The notes below the pieces were generated by a model. It was given only the letters and a program-made list of their open reading frames with translations. It did no database searches and had not been told where the DNA came from. Both the position numbers and the translations under genes were made by a program. Source: Azolla caroliniana (taxonomy: Eukaryota > Plantae > Polypodiophyta). From it: a DNA stretch of 64,000 nucleotides. The DNA lies in the NCBI GenBank assembly GCA_043228905.1, contig JBHGNT010000020.1, forward strand, positions 12,958,001 to 13,022,000, given 5' to 3'. Shown in pieces: positions 1 through 13,099 of this stretch; the stretch's first letter is position 1, and every line of letters starts with the position of its first letter.

Positions 1-665
1 TCGCCCTTCTTTTTGCTTTTTGCTTTTTTTTTTTAAGCTTTTCCGTCTCCAGCAGATCTTCGCCGCCGGGATGTGGGTTCTCTTTAAAAACTCTGAAGAC
101 GACGTTTTGGTGGAGCTCTCGACACGATGCCGATCCGTGAATTATAAACTCTGTTAAATTTCTAATTTTGTAGGCCGATTAATGTCCGCCATGCCCATCC
201 CCTCCTCCTCTCCTGCTTCTGCTCAAATCGCAACAGTATATTAACTCTTAATGCTGCAGCATCGATCTCGCCTTTTTTAATTTCTTTTTAACTTCAGATT
301 ATAAAAGGAAAAACCAAAAGTACAAACATATATATGTATAATTCCTCAGTTTTTTTTCTTCTAATTCCGCTGTCCACATTTACGTATGAATTATTCACTG
401 GTTCTTTTTTCTTTTTCCTGTTTGTGTACACAAGAGCTTACAAAATTTGAATCTACGTGTGGAAGAGTAAGAAGATCGTGGTGAAGGAACTATCTATTAT
501 AACTGATTGGCGCACTCTTCTTTTTAGCTCGAAGATCCGCCTTTCGTGACAGATTTTCCAGTTTTGTGTTTTGATTTTAATCTGCATTCCGATCAATGCA
601 TGCTTTAGACGACGTAAATCTGCATGGCGCTTTCAAAAGGTGGCAAATCCGTTTAATGATCATGT

Positions 666-1238
666 CCATGTTATATTGTGTTGTGATAATATGAACAGTA
701 AAAACGTGTTTCAACAACCCTAATCACTTAAACCCTCTCCATGTTATATTGTGTGTCGATATATGAATGGTAACGTGTTTCACAAAACCCTAAACCCTAA
801 ACCCTCTCCATGTTAGATTGTGTGTCGATATATGAATGGTAACGTGTTTCACAAAACCCTAAACCCTAAACCCTCTCGAAGTTAGATTGCGTGTCGATAT
901 ATGAACTATATGAACGATAACGTGTTTCACGAAACCCTAAACCCTAAACCCTCTCCATGTTAGATTGTGTGTTGATATATGAACGATAACGTGTTTCACG
1001 AAACCCTAAACCCTAAACCCTCTCCATGTTAGATTGTGTGTTGATATATGAATGATAACGTGTTTCACAAAACCCTAAATGCTAAACCGTCTCCATGTTA
1101 TATTGTGTCGATATATGAACGATAACGTGTTTCACAAAACCATAAACCCTAATCCATCCCATGTATATTGTCTGCTGATATATGATTGTTAACGTGTTTC
1201 AACAACCCGAAACCCGAAACCCTCACCATGTTATATTA
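666..1238. repeat. Minisatellite, about 8 copies of a 69-bp unit, central units containing AAACCCTAAACCCTAAACCCT (plant telomere motif)
   Basis: The CCATGTT anchor or a variant recurs at 666, 739, 808, 877, 955, 1024, 1093, 1159 and 1226 (mostly 69-bp spacing, one unit with a 9-bp internal duplication). Central copies are near-identical and the edges decayed. Confidence 0.95.
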
Positions 1239-4200
1239 TAATTCTTGGGTGGCAATAATCAAACCTTGTTTGGTTGTGTATGTACAATGTGCTCGGATGC
1301 TCGCACGAATCATTCATGGAATTAGCACTTCTACAACTCGGTCTAAGTTAAGGCTCCTAGATTTGGTGTCCATCCAATGACAATACAAGTCTTCACTTTA
1401 GAAGATATCCATTCCTAAGCCCAATAATTAAAGGAATACTGTTTAAATAGACGAGAATAATTGAAGAGAGGCACACTTCCATGGCATGGGCAAATTCCTA
1501 ACAATATTAGAAAAAAAGAGACAAATGGACATTACATCTATATATATCATGAACCAATTATATACATAAATCTTTTGGGGTAAATCATAATCAATATTTC
1601 ATATAGATCAAACGTCATCTATAGGGTGATATTCTGCATAGATCACATTATTAGTTAGTATCGTTATCAATATCAATGTGTTGTGCCCTCAATAAATTCG
1701 ATGTTGGCAGAGTAAATACCATGCAATTCATGTTCCAAATCTATAGTATTAGAGCAACCTCAAGAATATTTTGGAAAAATGCATGTATTCTTCATTGAGT
1801 GATCTTGTGCATTAACTTTAATTGAGTCCTCGACTTTGGACATAATTCTCCTCCCTAATATTTTGATGCACGTGCATGGTCATCCACCATAATATCGGCA
1901 AACTGATCAGCGTGCAATTCATCATTCGATGACATCTTATGAGGCATCACATTGCTTAATCCACTAAATCTAGTTACTATTCTTGAAATGCCATTCTAGA
2001 GTTGGGGCTACTTGAATAACATATAACCAAGAATTGGGATTTACTTTGGTACTTGAGTGAAATGTAATTTGGTCCTCTATGTTATATTAAGTCCAATTCT
2101 TAGTGGATTACAAATTAGAAGCCATTGGCAACCCCGTGGGATTGTGATATTGGTTTTTTTATAAAGCACTAGCTTGAATATCAGCTTCACACCCAAGATG
2201 AACACTTGTAATCACCCATAACCAAATTCCATGATATAAACCAAAATACCACAATAGTTGAGCATGTTGTCTCTCGTAGATGTTAATGACATTCAAAGCT
2301 CTCGTTAGATATTGTTGATGATGGTAATTGTGATATTGATATTGTCAAATGCGAATCAATTTGACAAATGGGGAGAACACGAAAATGCCCACAATGAGAT
2401 TGAAATATGTTGACACATCTTTAAATAGAACGGAGGCAAGTACCTCATTCTCCTTTCTTTTTTATATAATTTTTAGATGGGCATAAAGCCATTGAAATTT
2501 CTAATGGTGGATTTGTATGCGGCTAAGGATACGTTACACATGATCTTGCATGGTGTTTTCTCCATTCCACGCAAGCGTCCATGAATGTTGATTGCTCGAC
2601 AATGTCATAATCCTCTCTCCGTTGCAATGCCTTTTCTTACTAGATTTCAAAAGGTAACATGAGACAAAATAACCTTTTTATTACATTTTGATAGCACTCC
2701 ATTGCCTTGGGGCATAATCATGCTCTTTTGCGGTCCATAATTTTGGCCTGTCTAAATCCATCTGACCAAAGTACTTTGTTATGTACACTTGATGCACCAA
2801 GTAGTATGTCTAGCCCTTTGTCATGCTTGCTTTTGGACAATGCTTTTGCCTTACAACTCCTTTTAGAGTACTCTTTAACGTAAATATCTCAAGATAGAAC
2901 ATCTACCTACTTACGTTCATCATCCTTCCAAGTTGTATTCATCCACCAAATGCATCATAAAATGAATTAGGATGTTCAATATGTTGATTGGGAATTAATG
3001 TTGCTCTTCAATAATTCGTTCTGTGACACACTTGAATGCACCTATATCCTTGCCTTCAAATTAAAGCATGATCAATTTGTTTATACAAAATCAATCGCTT
3101 CACCAATTTTTCAAGCAACACACACATACACACATTTTCACACCCAATTCATTCAAACTTTGTTGATAAGGGGAAATTTAGATACGAATATATTAAATCA
3201 CAATTGACAAATTTTCGTGACATTTCTAGCAGTTTCGCAAAATTTTGAAAATACTACGACACCTACAAAAGTGTTGAAAATATATATTTTAATTAACTGC
3301 ACATACTCTGGGATTTTTTTACAAAAATGCCTAAACTGTGGGTAGACATACAAAGTACCAAATTCTTTATGAGACAAGTGCCCATATTTTCAACATTAGG
3401 CTATGAAAGTTTTTTGGCTCTTTTTTAGGAGCATACTACATTTAAAAACTCGTAACCCTAATATCCCCCCCTCACAACCCTCATTGTGTTAGAATGAGAA
3501 CTAAGTAGCAAACTTATGAGAGTAATGTCATGATAAAAGCTTGGGGTCTAAATGAAAGACACAAATGTTGGAGTAGTAAAAGTGACTAAGATGGTCGATT
3601 GAAGACAAAGAGATCATTAGATGGGAGTTCTCATTAAATGCTCATTTGTCTTAAAAGAGCTTGTTCAAGAAAATGATAACTTATCGTTTTTATGTACTCA
3701 AAGGGGTCAGCCACAATATTGTGCATTAATGATCATCATCGTCCTCAAGGAAGGTTAGGGGTATTGTGATGCTACTTTCATAAGGTGTTTGAGTTTAGCC
3801 CTAAAAAGGGATGGTGGCCTATGCAAAGTGGATAACCATCAACTTCTGAGAGTGTTTCATTAAGAAACTAATATGTAGGTCATGAGATTAAGCTTGGCAT
3901 TAGTTAACTGTCCCTTGTCACACTAGTTTGACATCAAGGATCAAAGCCTTGCAACTACCTTACAATACTTTAAGTTGTGTTATCTCCATCACTGGAGGCA
4001 TCTTAAGTTGATGTTGGATACCAAGTCCATTTACTTGACCACATGGAAGCAATTTTTGTTGTTGTTAAGGACACACCATGGTTATGACAAATGTGAAGTA
4101 GGTAAAATATGATTGTTTTGATTTTATCCATGTTAATGAAGCCATCTTAATGAGTCTTTAGTATAGGCCTAACAAATTCACTACGTGAAAATTAGATGGT

Positions 4201-4595
4201 CAATTGGAAGTGAAAGAAGGATTTGTGGGTAGGAAGATTAATATTTGAGTGTATATTTTGCACAATTTGTTGACTCGACTAACTTCATCTCAGATTCCCA
4301 AGGTACATGTTCCTTTCACAAGACCAAACAACTTGATTGCCAAGTTGGTTTCCATGAGAAATGTGTTAAAGCTTATATGTTTGATGTCTTAGCTTGTAAA
4401 AAGCATGGTGCACTTGTCTCATGTCTCACGGAAACCACCATATCTATATATGTATTCATAAAATCATGTTCAATGTTCATAGAGGAGTAAGAGTATTAAA
4501 ATAATCTATTTGCAATACATTATCATCACATATTTTTCTAGTACCCTATTTTAAAGGGATTCCTTTTCTTAGACCTTATTACGGTTCAACTTAAG

Positions 4596-5650
4596 TTTTT
4601 TTTTTTTCCAAAATGAAGCTACTTTCCCATTAGTTAGGTAATATTATTACAAAGAGATTGTACAAGGAGGCTTAAGCATAGATCGGGGAATCCCCCTCCG
4701 ATCAAGTCCTAGAAATTGAGACTAGTTACATTGCCTTTCGGACGGACTACTTAGTGTAAGTACCTACAGCTAAAACAGTGCCTTGCAGTGATGGCTAGTA
4801 TGAGACAACTCTTGGTGTCGACAACAGAGGGAGGGTGGTAAGTGAGCCGGAAACAACCAGCGTGGGGACTGGTAGTTCCACCTCGGGCCACTTCCTCCTT
4901 GTGTCACCATAGGCGTGTTCCGCCATTTCTGCCAAAAGCGCAAACGGGCAGTATCCACGTTAGAGGAATGAATGCAAACCTCGTCCAATTGCCCTTGTAG
5001 GCAGCTAATAAGCGCAAACCATATGTCCATGATCACTTCCTCCGGGGGTCGCACCAGATCCTGGAAGACCTTTAGGCAGCGCGCTTTCCATACGTACCAC
5101 AGGGTGAAGCCTGCGATCAGCATCCAAATGTCCGGGAACCTAGGGGATGCGGACTGCAAGCCTCTCTCAAATCGAATCTTGGAGATTTTTCCTCGCATGC
5201 ATACATAGCACCAACTATCCGCATTGAAGATGTCCGTCCACCTATCACTAGAATGATCAAGCCATGCCGCAACACTCCACGATGCTGTTCCTTCTACTTC
5301 ACATGCCGCAAGGAGGCGAGTCACTCTATCCCATACCTTTTGAGCTAGAGGGCATCCCATAGACAATGCCTCAGAGTCTCAATAGGTGAATGGCAAAGTG
5401 GGCAGCCTAACGAGCCGTCACGTTTACCTAGCCATTCACCAACTGGAACCACATTATGGAAGTGGAGACGCTAGAGACCCTTCTAAAAGGTAATGAGCAC
5501 CTCATAAGGGATGCCCAATGTACGCCAGCCATTGTGTAAGGGGCTGTGTAGCTGTAGTTGAAAAGCCCGACCCAGTTTAGTGTTGTGCTCGAAGAAATGG
5601 CAAAATCTGCTATCATGTTTCCACCTGAAATCCCCTGGGTCCCATTGTTC
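4596..5650 (-). mobile_element. 5'-truncated L1-type LINE fragment (ORF2 C-terminus with zf-RVT region, poly(A) tail)
   Basis: T12 at 4596-4607 is a minus-strand poly(A). ORF 4770..5366 has CPLAQKVW and LWYVWKARC..VF, preceded across a frameshift by CPLCHSPIETLRHCLW. The 5' end is approximate and no TSD was found. Confidence 0.8.
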
Positions 5651-5964
5651 CCCTGGCCATTAGCATGTGCCTTAACCCAATAAATTCATTCTTCCCGATT
5701 AAAAAAGACATAAACTCTTAGCATTGACATTTGGAGTTTACTGTTTGCATATATTAGTTTGCTTACAAACAATCCCCCAAAGAGCTTAAGCTCCCATACC
5801 CTTTTTAAGAATTACATTAAACTTATGCGTATGTTTGTTGTCTTTATAATAGTACACACCATAATGAGACAACACATGAACAATGTCATAGGTAAATCAT
5901 TTAATAGTTAGTAAACTAAAACCTGGATATGGTTGTATGATTGATCACATCCAAACAAGTACGT

Positions 5965-6717
5965 TGTCGTGAAGATTTCCGACTATAGTGTGAAACCGGG
6001 GTGGAATAGGGCAAGTCGGTGGTGTGCTACATGTGCACATGTATAGTAGGAAACAATGTATAGAATAAAGGGGAGTATTTGTCCCACATTGTAACGCCCT
6101 CCCCTCCTTGTTCTATAAAAGGAGGGAGGGGTCCCTTGTTGAGGGGTTGCCCATTTTGAGTTAGGAGGGTATATCGTTAGATTTAGGGTTAGGTAGTTTC
6201 TTTCTTCTTCTTCTTCTTCTTCTTCTTTGTCGTCGTGTGGGTTGAGAGTTCGTGTCTGTTTAGGGTTTGCTTCTGCTCGGTCCCATGTGCAAGACCCCGC
6301 TCGGCGCGACGAGCCCAAGAGCTCCCCGATTGGCGGCTTGGCAGCAGACTGCCGTTGCAACCTACCCTACCTTGGTCCGACTCAAAGCCGGGGTCGTATC
6401 TCTTTCATTGTAATGTATACATACATATATGTTTGGTTGTGCACATCCGCGTCTCTGGTAGTATCGGGTGTTTCCACCCCTTTTGTTTCTTGTACATAGG
6501 AGGTGTGTGTTGAGTCGGTGTTGCGCGTGTGGTCTCTCTCTCTCTTCCTCTCTCGTGTTAGGTAGCTACCGGTACGCATCCGGAATCGCTCTGGTCTGCG
6601 CCACCACTAGTGTAGCCGAGACTGGAGAGAAGTCGGCTTCTCGACACCCATCTCTTCCTCGTTCGAGACCCCTGTGGTCCCGCCCCTTCCTACACGTACC
6701 CGCAGAATACCGCGACA
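5965..6717 (+). repeat. 5' LTR of the gag-only element
   Basis: Direct repeat of 10153-10892 with TG...CA ends, CTATAAAA near 6113, and CTT and CT microsatellites. Confidence 0.93.
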
Positions 6718-6721
6718 TATT

Positions 6722-6734
6722 TGGTGAACCCGAC
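6722..6734 (+). promoter_or_regulatory. Primer binding site, tRNA-Trp
   Basis: TGGTGAACCCGAC, 4 nt after the LTR, complementary to the 3' end of plant cytosolic tRNA-Trp (tRNA sequence recalled, not searched). Confidence 0.85.
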
Positions 6735-6754
6735 ACGAAGGGCGGCAAGGGAGA

Positions 6755-7426
6755 ATGAAGTTGGAAGAAGACGACTTTACACAACTTTTTGTTGAAGCGG
6801 CGAGGGAGTTTGGACGAGCAACAATGAGAAGAGAGGCGGCACAACAAGTTGTTGAGCGAGTGGTCGAAAGAGTCGACCGTTTCAACGGGAACAGAGTCCC
6901 ATTCTACTTGGAAGCCTACAACGCGGAAATGGAGGAGCGAGACGTAGACGAGGCGTTGAGGTTGGAGTTCTTTCATTGGGTCGTCGTCGTCCGTATGCAC
7001 GCGGAAGTGAAGGAGCTCCGAGAAGCTCATGGTTCATGGGAGGCCTTCGAAGAGACGCTCCTACAGGCATATGGAGGACGACGAAAGAGCCGGGGACGAC
7101 GCGGCTTCAACAAGTGGGTGGCATCGGTGAAGACCTACCGGGGCGCAATCAAGGCGTTCCGAGAGTTCGAGCGATGGCCTGCTCAGCTCCCGGAGCGGGA
7201 ACAAGGTTTGGTAGGGGTGGACAAAGTCCAATTGTTCATTAAGTCGATCGACCGAGAGGAACGGGAGGCCATCGGGATTGAGCTCGAAGAGGAGGACAGA
7301 GCGAATGGCCTTACGGAGGACTGGTTGAAGGTCGGATGGATGACGAGCGGGCCGAGAATGCTAGGAGGAAGGTGCGCGACGGTGTGCCATCATAGCGGGA
7401 AGAGGTCGAATGGCAAAGAGAGTTAG
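6755..7426 (+). pseudogene. gag-like ORF (N-terminal part, degenerate 3' end)
   Basis: RFNGNRVPFYLEAYNAEM and VQLFIKSIDREEREAIG..GLTEDW align with RFSGNATSYLASYRAEM and VLLFVKSVDERDQEQVG..GLTADW in the gag of element 23983-30800. Confidence 0.82.
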
Positions 7427-8679
7427 CAAGGCTCAGCTTCGGGGCCAGGATTGCGGAGGCATACGCAACTCTCGAGGCAATGCTCGAGGAAGAGGAAAGA
7501 TCGAGGCCGCAAGCTGACGCCGAGGAGATGGACTTGCCCCACGAGATGGCAGAAGATTGGTACGACGGTACCATGGGAGAGGGTGCGGAATAAAACGCCC
7601 TCTCGGATTGCGGAGATAGAACGGTCGAGGACATGGCCGAGATACCGATCGTAGAATCGGAACGTTGGGACTGACGATTTCGGGCACGACAGCCCGAGGC
7701 TCCGGACATTGGAGAAGCAAGCCCAGGCGGGGCTTGCGCGATTGGTAAACGGACGACCACCGACCATGAGGAGCCGGTGGCTACGGACAAGGGCATAAAA
7801 CGCATGGGCGATTCTTCGCGTCTTCCCACACTTGCTCCCGAGACGATGGCAGTCGGGCCCGAGTGCCCACGTGAGTCCCAAGAGGAGGAAGGCGGCGGCG
7901 TGAGACCGAGAATTGCCGGCGAGACGATACGAGGAAGGAACGGACAAAAGCCCTTGGATCCGATTCCGGAGAACTCGGCACTCGGGCCCTTATGCCCACG
8001 TGAGACCGAGGAGATGGATGACAGTAATGAGGAGTCCTGGCACGATGCCAATGAAGATGGGTGGGAAACGGCCTACGAGAAGGTCGAGGATGGAGCCGCG
8101 GCAGAGAAGGAGGGAATGAGAGCCGACGCCGAGGGGAGCGGAATCAGAAGTCAAACCGACCGGGGATCAGACTGGTTGGTATCCCGATTCGGGTGGAGCA
8201 CGATCCGGACGTGGATTGTGCGACTAGGGAAAGGTTCGGCATGAAGGTGCCGACACGGAAGAGGGTGTGGGACGAGCCACCCTCTTTTACATGGGAGAAA
8301 GACCGACCGGGCGAAGGTTGGGAATCGAAAGGAAGGTGATCAAGGGTTCAAAATGAGTCTGACAGGATCAACATCGGAGCCGAAACTCCGGACATTGGAG
8401 AATCAAGCCCAGGCGGGGCTTGGTTGATCACAGAGCGGATGCTATCCACTGACACCACTAAAAGGGTCGGTTTCCTGGGACGAGTCACCGAAAGACGTTA
8501 CGAAATCGGTTACCCCACATCTTGTTCGGAGACTTCGGCAGTTCGGCCGACGTGGCAATGTGAGACTGAAAGAGACAGAAGATGGAGCCAAGAGCGCAAA
8601 CAAGGAGAGCGACGACAAGTCCGGGAGAAGTACAAGGGACGAAGCGGAGAGCGAAGATCAGTCCTATGGGTCACCTCAC

Positions 8680-9620
8680 ACCAGATCTAGAGACTCCGGC
8701 GGTCGGCATTGGATCTGACGTAAGACCAAGATACTGACGGTACCCGACAGGAGAACGAGACCTGGCAATCCAGAGAAAGACGGATGGACCCGGACGAGAA
8801 CCGGGTGGAGCGGACTTCCAGATAATTGATCCGGGAGGGAGGAGAGAGTAGACCTATGGAGAGGCCCAGAACACGGTATGTTGGTACCACGGGAGAGGGT
8901 GTGGATTGAGCCACCCTCTTGACTTGCGGAGAAGGACGACCCGGGATAAGGGTCAGAGATACGGCAAGCCCGAGGAGGATCCTTCACACCGGTTCTAGAG
9001 ACTCCGGCGGTCAGCCTGAGAGCCGACATGAGACCTAGAGTAATGAACAGTGGCGGCAAGGGGACAAAGGCATAGGACTTCGGATCGATGGTCTACGGAG
9101 ATCCTCACACCGATTTGGCGGTCGGCCCGAGTGCCGGCGTGAGTCCTATAGGAAGGGACGGTGGCGACAGGTGAACGTGACCAGCACAAGAGGCCGACGC
9201 GAAGGTCGGGACTACGACGAGAGAAAAACGGCAAGCGGTGCTGCCACCACCTTACACACACCGGTTCTAGACACTCCGGCGGTCGGCCTGAGAGTCGACA
9301 TGAGACCTAGAGGGAAGAATGGTGGTGGCGGAAAGGCGAGTAACCGAGACGGAAAAAGGGGAGGTCCCACGAGATCCTCACACCGATCCGGTAGTCGGCC
9401 CGAGTGCTGGCGTGAGTCCTATAAGAAAGGACGGTGGCGGCAAGTGAACGTGATCGGACGATGGGACAGAGTGGCAAGGAGGTATCGGGCCGGTAAGGTG
9501 GCCACAAACCAAAACCGGACCTTACAACAGAAGAAGGAAAGGAAGACGGTCCTATGGGATCCTCACATCGATCTGGAGACACTGGCAGTTCGAGCCGACA
9601 TGGCAACATGAGACCGAGTG
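8680..9620 (+). repeat. Degenerate internal tandem repeats of the gag-only element
   Basis: A CACACCG..TCTAGAGACTCCGGCGGTC..GCCGACATGAGAC-like motif recurs near 8680, 8985, 9105, 9258, 9378 and 9563. Confidence 0.75.
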
Positions 9621-10152
9621 AGAAGGATGATGGAAGGTAAGAAATGGGAACCAACGATGTAGGAAGCGCGGACCGGGAACTGACAAAGCCGGAGTGGACG
9701 AGGGCCGAACCCTTACCGGTCGGTTACGATTTCGGAAGGAAGTCGGTGAAGGGTTAGCTGAGCGGAACAAGAGACGTGCGAGTGGCCATCCAGGGTTGAT
9801 GCAAGCACGAGTACGGGCGGTGTTCGGCACAGGCGGTGCCGAACAAGGAAGGCAAGAAACACCACCCGACACACGGGAAGAACCAACAGAGGGACATGCA
9901 CGACACGCAAGGTGCGAAATCCGGCGTACAACCGAAGTGACTAGGAGTGTTCGGGAGAACCGATCGGGGAGGAAGGCGCGGACGTCAGATGTGATGGATC
10001 AGATGGAGCCGACGGATCAGGGCCAGTAATGAGCCGACGAGACGGACGGGTGCCGGTAAGGCGGAGGACTTGGTTAATCACCATCGCCGAAATCTCTCAC
10101 TCTTTTTCCTTCTTGGCACATACCGGTGGATGTGTGGTTTGGTGGGGGTGGA

Positions 10153-10892
10153 TGTCGTGAAGATTTTCGGCTATAGTGTGAAACCGGGGTGGAATAGGGC
10201 AAGTCGGTGGTGTGCTACATGTGCACATGTATAGTAGGAAACAATGTATAGAATAAAGGGGAGTATTTGTCCCACATTGTAACGCCCTCCCCTCCTTGGT
10301 CTATAAAAGGAGGGAGGGGTTGCCCATTTTGAGTTAGGAGGGTATACCGTTAGATTTAGGGTTAGGTAGTTTCTTTCTTTCTTCTTCTTCTTCTTCTTCT
10401 CCTTTGTCATCGTGTGGGTTGAGAGTTTGTGTCTGTTTAGGGTTTGCTTCTGCTCGGTCCCTTGTGCAAGACCATGCTTGGCGCGACGAGCCCGAGAGCT
10501 CCCCGATTGGCGGGTTGGCAGCAGACTGCCGTTGCAACCTACCCTACCTATGTCCGGCTCGAAGCCGGGGTTGTATCTCTTTCATTGTAATGTATACATA
10601 TATGTTTGGTTGTGCATATCCGCGTCTATGGTAGTGTCGGGTGTTTCCACCCCTTTTGTTTCTTGTACATAGGAGGTGTGTGTTGAGTCGGTGTTGCACG
10701 CGTGGTCTCTCTCTCTCTCTTCCTCTCTCGTGTTCGGTAGCTTCCGGTATGTGTCCGGAATCGCTCTGGTGTGCGCCACAACCAGTGCAGCCGGGACTGG
10801 AGAGAAGTCGGATTCTCGACACCCATCTCTTCCTCGTCCGAGACCCCTGTGGTCATGCCCCTTCCTACACGTACCCGCGGAATACCGCGACA
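10153..10892 (+). repeat. 3' LTR of the gag-only element
   Basis: Direct repeat of 5965-6717 with scattered substitutions and small indels. Confidence 0.93.
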
Positions 10893-13099
10893 ACGTCAAT
10901 GGAAACCACTTGGGAGATGGATAGGAGCGTTCATACTAGGCTAAACAATTTCAATCAATTTGAAAGAAATACCCATAATATACAATTCCCATGGTGTTAT
11001 AATTTGGTTTGAATAAAATTACAATTCATGTTTATATAAAGTTTTGAGTGTCGCTAGTAAGAAAACTTTATCATTTGAAGTAGTATGGCGATCAATAAAT
11101 GAATGAGTAGACCACCCATATTTCCCTCAAGAAATTTAGGTCAAGTGCATTTGACATGTCATTTGTCAATCTTGTACATCTTTATTCTTTAGATTACAAG
11201 TTCTTCTTGGTCAACCTAAAGTATGTGTTGAAGCATGATGTCGAACAATTGCGTATGTGGAAGATGTTGCAATTGTAATGGAAATGACCAAGAGTGTCAT
11301 AAAATGGGTTTCATTTAATGATTGTGCATTTGTAATGGAAATATGAAGGATGTCATATAATGGGTTTAACTTAATGTTTGTGCTTTTAAATTGAAGGTTG
11401 TGTCGTAATGTCATACGATGGAAGAGGTTTATCTTTGTTGGAAATAGTTACAACTATTTAATAAAGTTTTTTCGATTAAAATGTATTGTTTTGAAAGATT
11501 ACACAATGCACACTACATAACATCCAAAATTTGTAAATGTTAATATTCTTTTATTAAGAATTTAGATAGTATTGTTCTACATTCACGATGTTTGCTTTCG
11601 TTTTCAAGAATTATGATAATTGTAGTCATGCACGTGTCCACTCTCATGTAATTGTCATTCATCATGTAATGCTGACTGTGGTCATGATTCACAATATGAT
11701 GAAAGGAACATAATGTTCATGCTTTATCGCACTCTAGGTACACCATGTAATTCATGTGTGTTTCCCCCAAGTGTGATGTACCTTCAATAATGGCAGAGTA
11801 CCATAACTAGAACAAAAAGAAGAGTAGACGTATTGATGCATGCAAAAGAGCAATTATTAGTATTTTGTATATTTTGAAATGTAGGTGAAATCGAAATTGT
11901 GAAAGAGTACTAAGTACGTCAATTCGCACTCCATCTTGGGCTTGTTAATCATTTAAAATATTCTATAATGGTTTCTTCTCAAGCAATTGAAAAGAGGCCT
12001 TTTTGCAGTTGCTTTTTAGAGAAAATTTCATTATTTTTACACTATGATTGTAAGTTTAGCCATCATTGGTGTCATTGATTCGTAGCACCAATATCTAAAG
12101 AAGTCCATTTCAATGTTCGATCCCCACAACAAAAGGTATGTAGTAATGTAGCTATAATTTATTATGTTAAGTTTTTTTTTTTCCATATTATATAGAAGTG
12201 CTAGGTCATATGATAGGGTTCTCATATTGTATACTTAAACCTTTACCTACCCCCAATACCGAAGCATATTGAATAATAGGCCCAATTTGAAGTCCACTTT
12301 GTGCTTAATTGAGTCTTTTATTGTATTTTGTTGAATAAAATATGATGGGCCCCTTATCAATTCCATTTGGCACAAAATCTATAAACGGTAGAACACCCTA
12401 CATGAACACGAATCTAGTGTGCTCTTTGGAAACCTCATACATGGGAGTAAGGTAAATCACATTAACTCTTGCTCAACCTATTCTCCTCAACTTTATACAT
12501 CAAATCAATAATATACTTGAGCATAACCTTGGATAGCTAAACTTAGTATTTGATCCTTTATGTGAATGAAGGCATGCTCACCATCAAAACTGTTGCTCAT
12601 CTTTGGTGTAATTGTGTATTATTCTAAAAATATGAATACCATAAATTCAGATAGTGATAGAAGTATAATTCAAACTAGAACACTACAATACGAAATGATC
12701 AAAATTTTAGTTAGATTTGTCCATAAACATTTCCCAAATTTTGGTCACTTCATTGATAAAAGTGTCGAAATAAGTACATGTGCAGATAACCTAAAGTTGG
12801 TGAAAAACATCACCATTACATGAACAGGTGTAGGAAATTTTGGCACTTCATGAATTGTTGATATTACCGATTGTCCCAAAAACATAAAAAACATTCCATG
12901 ACAACAAATTTTGAAACAGTTTGGCAATGTTGATATTGTGATCATTGTTAAGAAAGAAAAGAAAATGATGCACTTGATACATATATTGTGGCATTGTAAG
13001 TTTGTGCTTTAACATTCTTTTTGGAGGCAACATTTTATTACTAACAAAAAATATAAAAACAAGACAAGAAACGAGAAAATAAAAACTCATCAAATTATA

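Larger units (their letters stand above)
5965..10892 (+). mobile_element. Non-autonomous gag-only Ty3/gypsy LTR retrotransposon, tRNA-Trp primed
   Basis: LTRs at 5965-6717 and 10153-10892 (TGTCGTG...CGCGACA), 4-bp TSD ACGT/ACGT, PBS at 6722, G-rich PPT at 10141-10152, gag-like ORF, and no pol motifs. Confidence 0.92.

Noticed and set aside
1-660. Possible promoter or 5' UTR of a host gene
   Set aside because: The pyrimidine-rich composition is suggestive, but no coding exon can be tied to it.
666-1238. True telomere or CRISPR array
   Set aside because: The telomeric motifs come only in short triplets within a constant unit, and there are no unique spacers.
1240-4590. Possible ancient LINE or DNA transposon remnants (weak QG- and DD-like traces near 3730-3930)
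   Set aside because: Too degenerate to support a call without an HMM search.
10897-13090. Short ORFs and possible exons in AT-rich DNA
   Set aside because: No recognisable domains or consistent splice structure.
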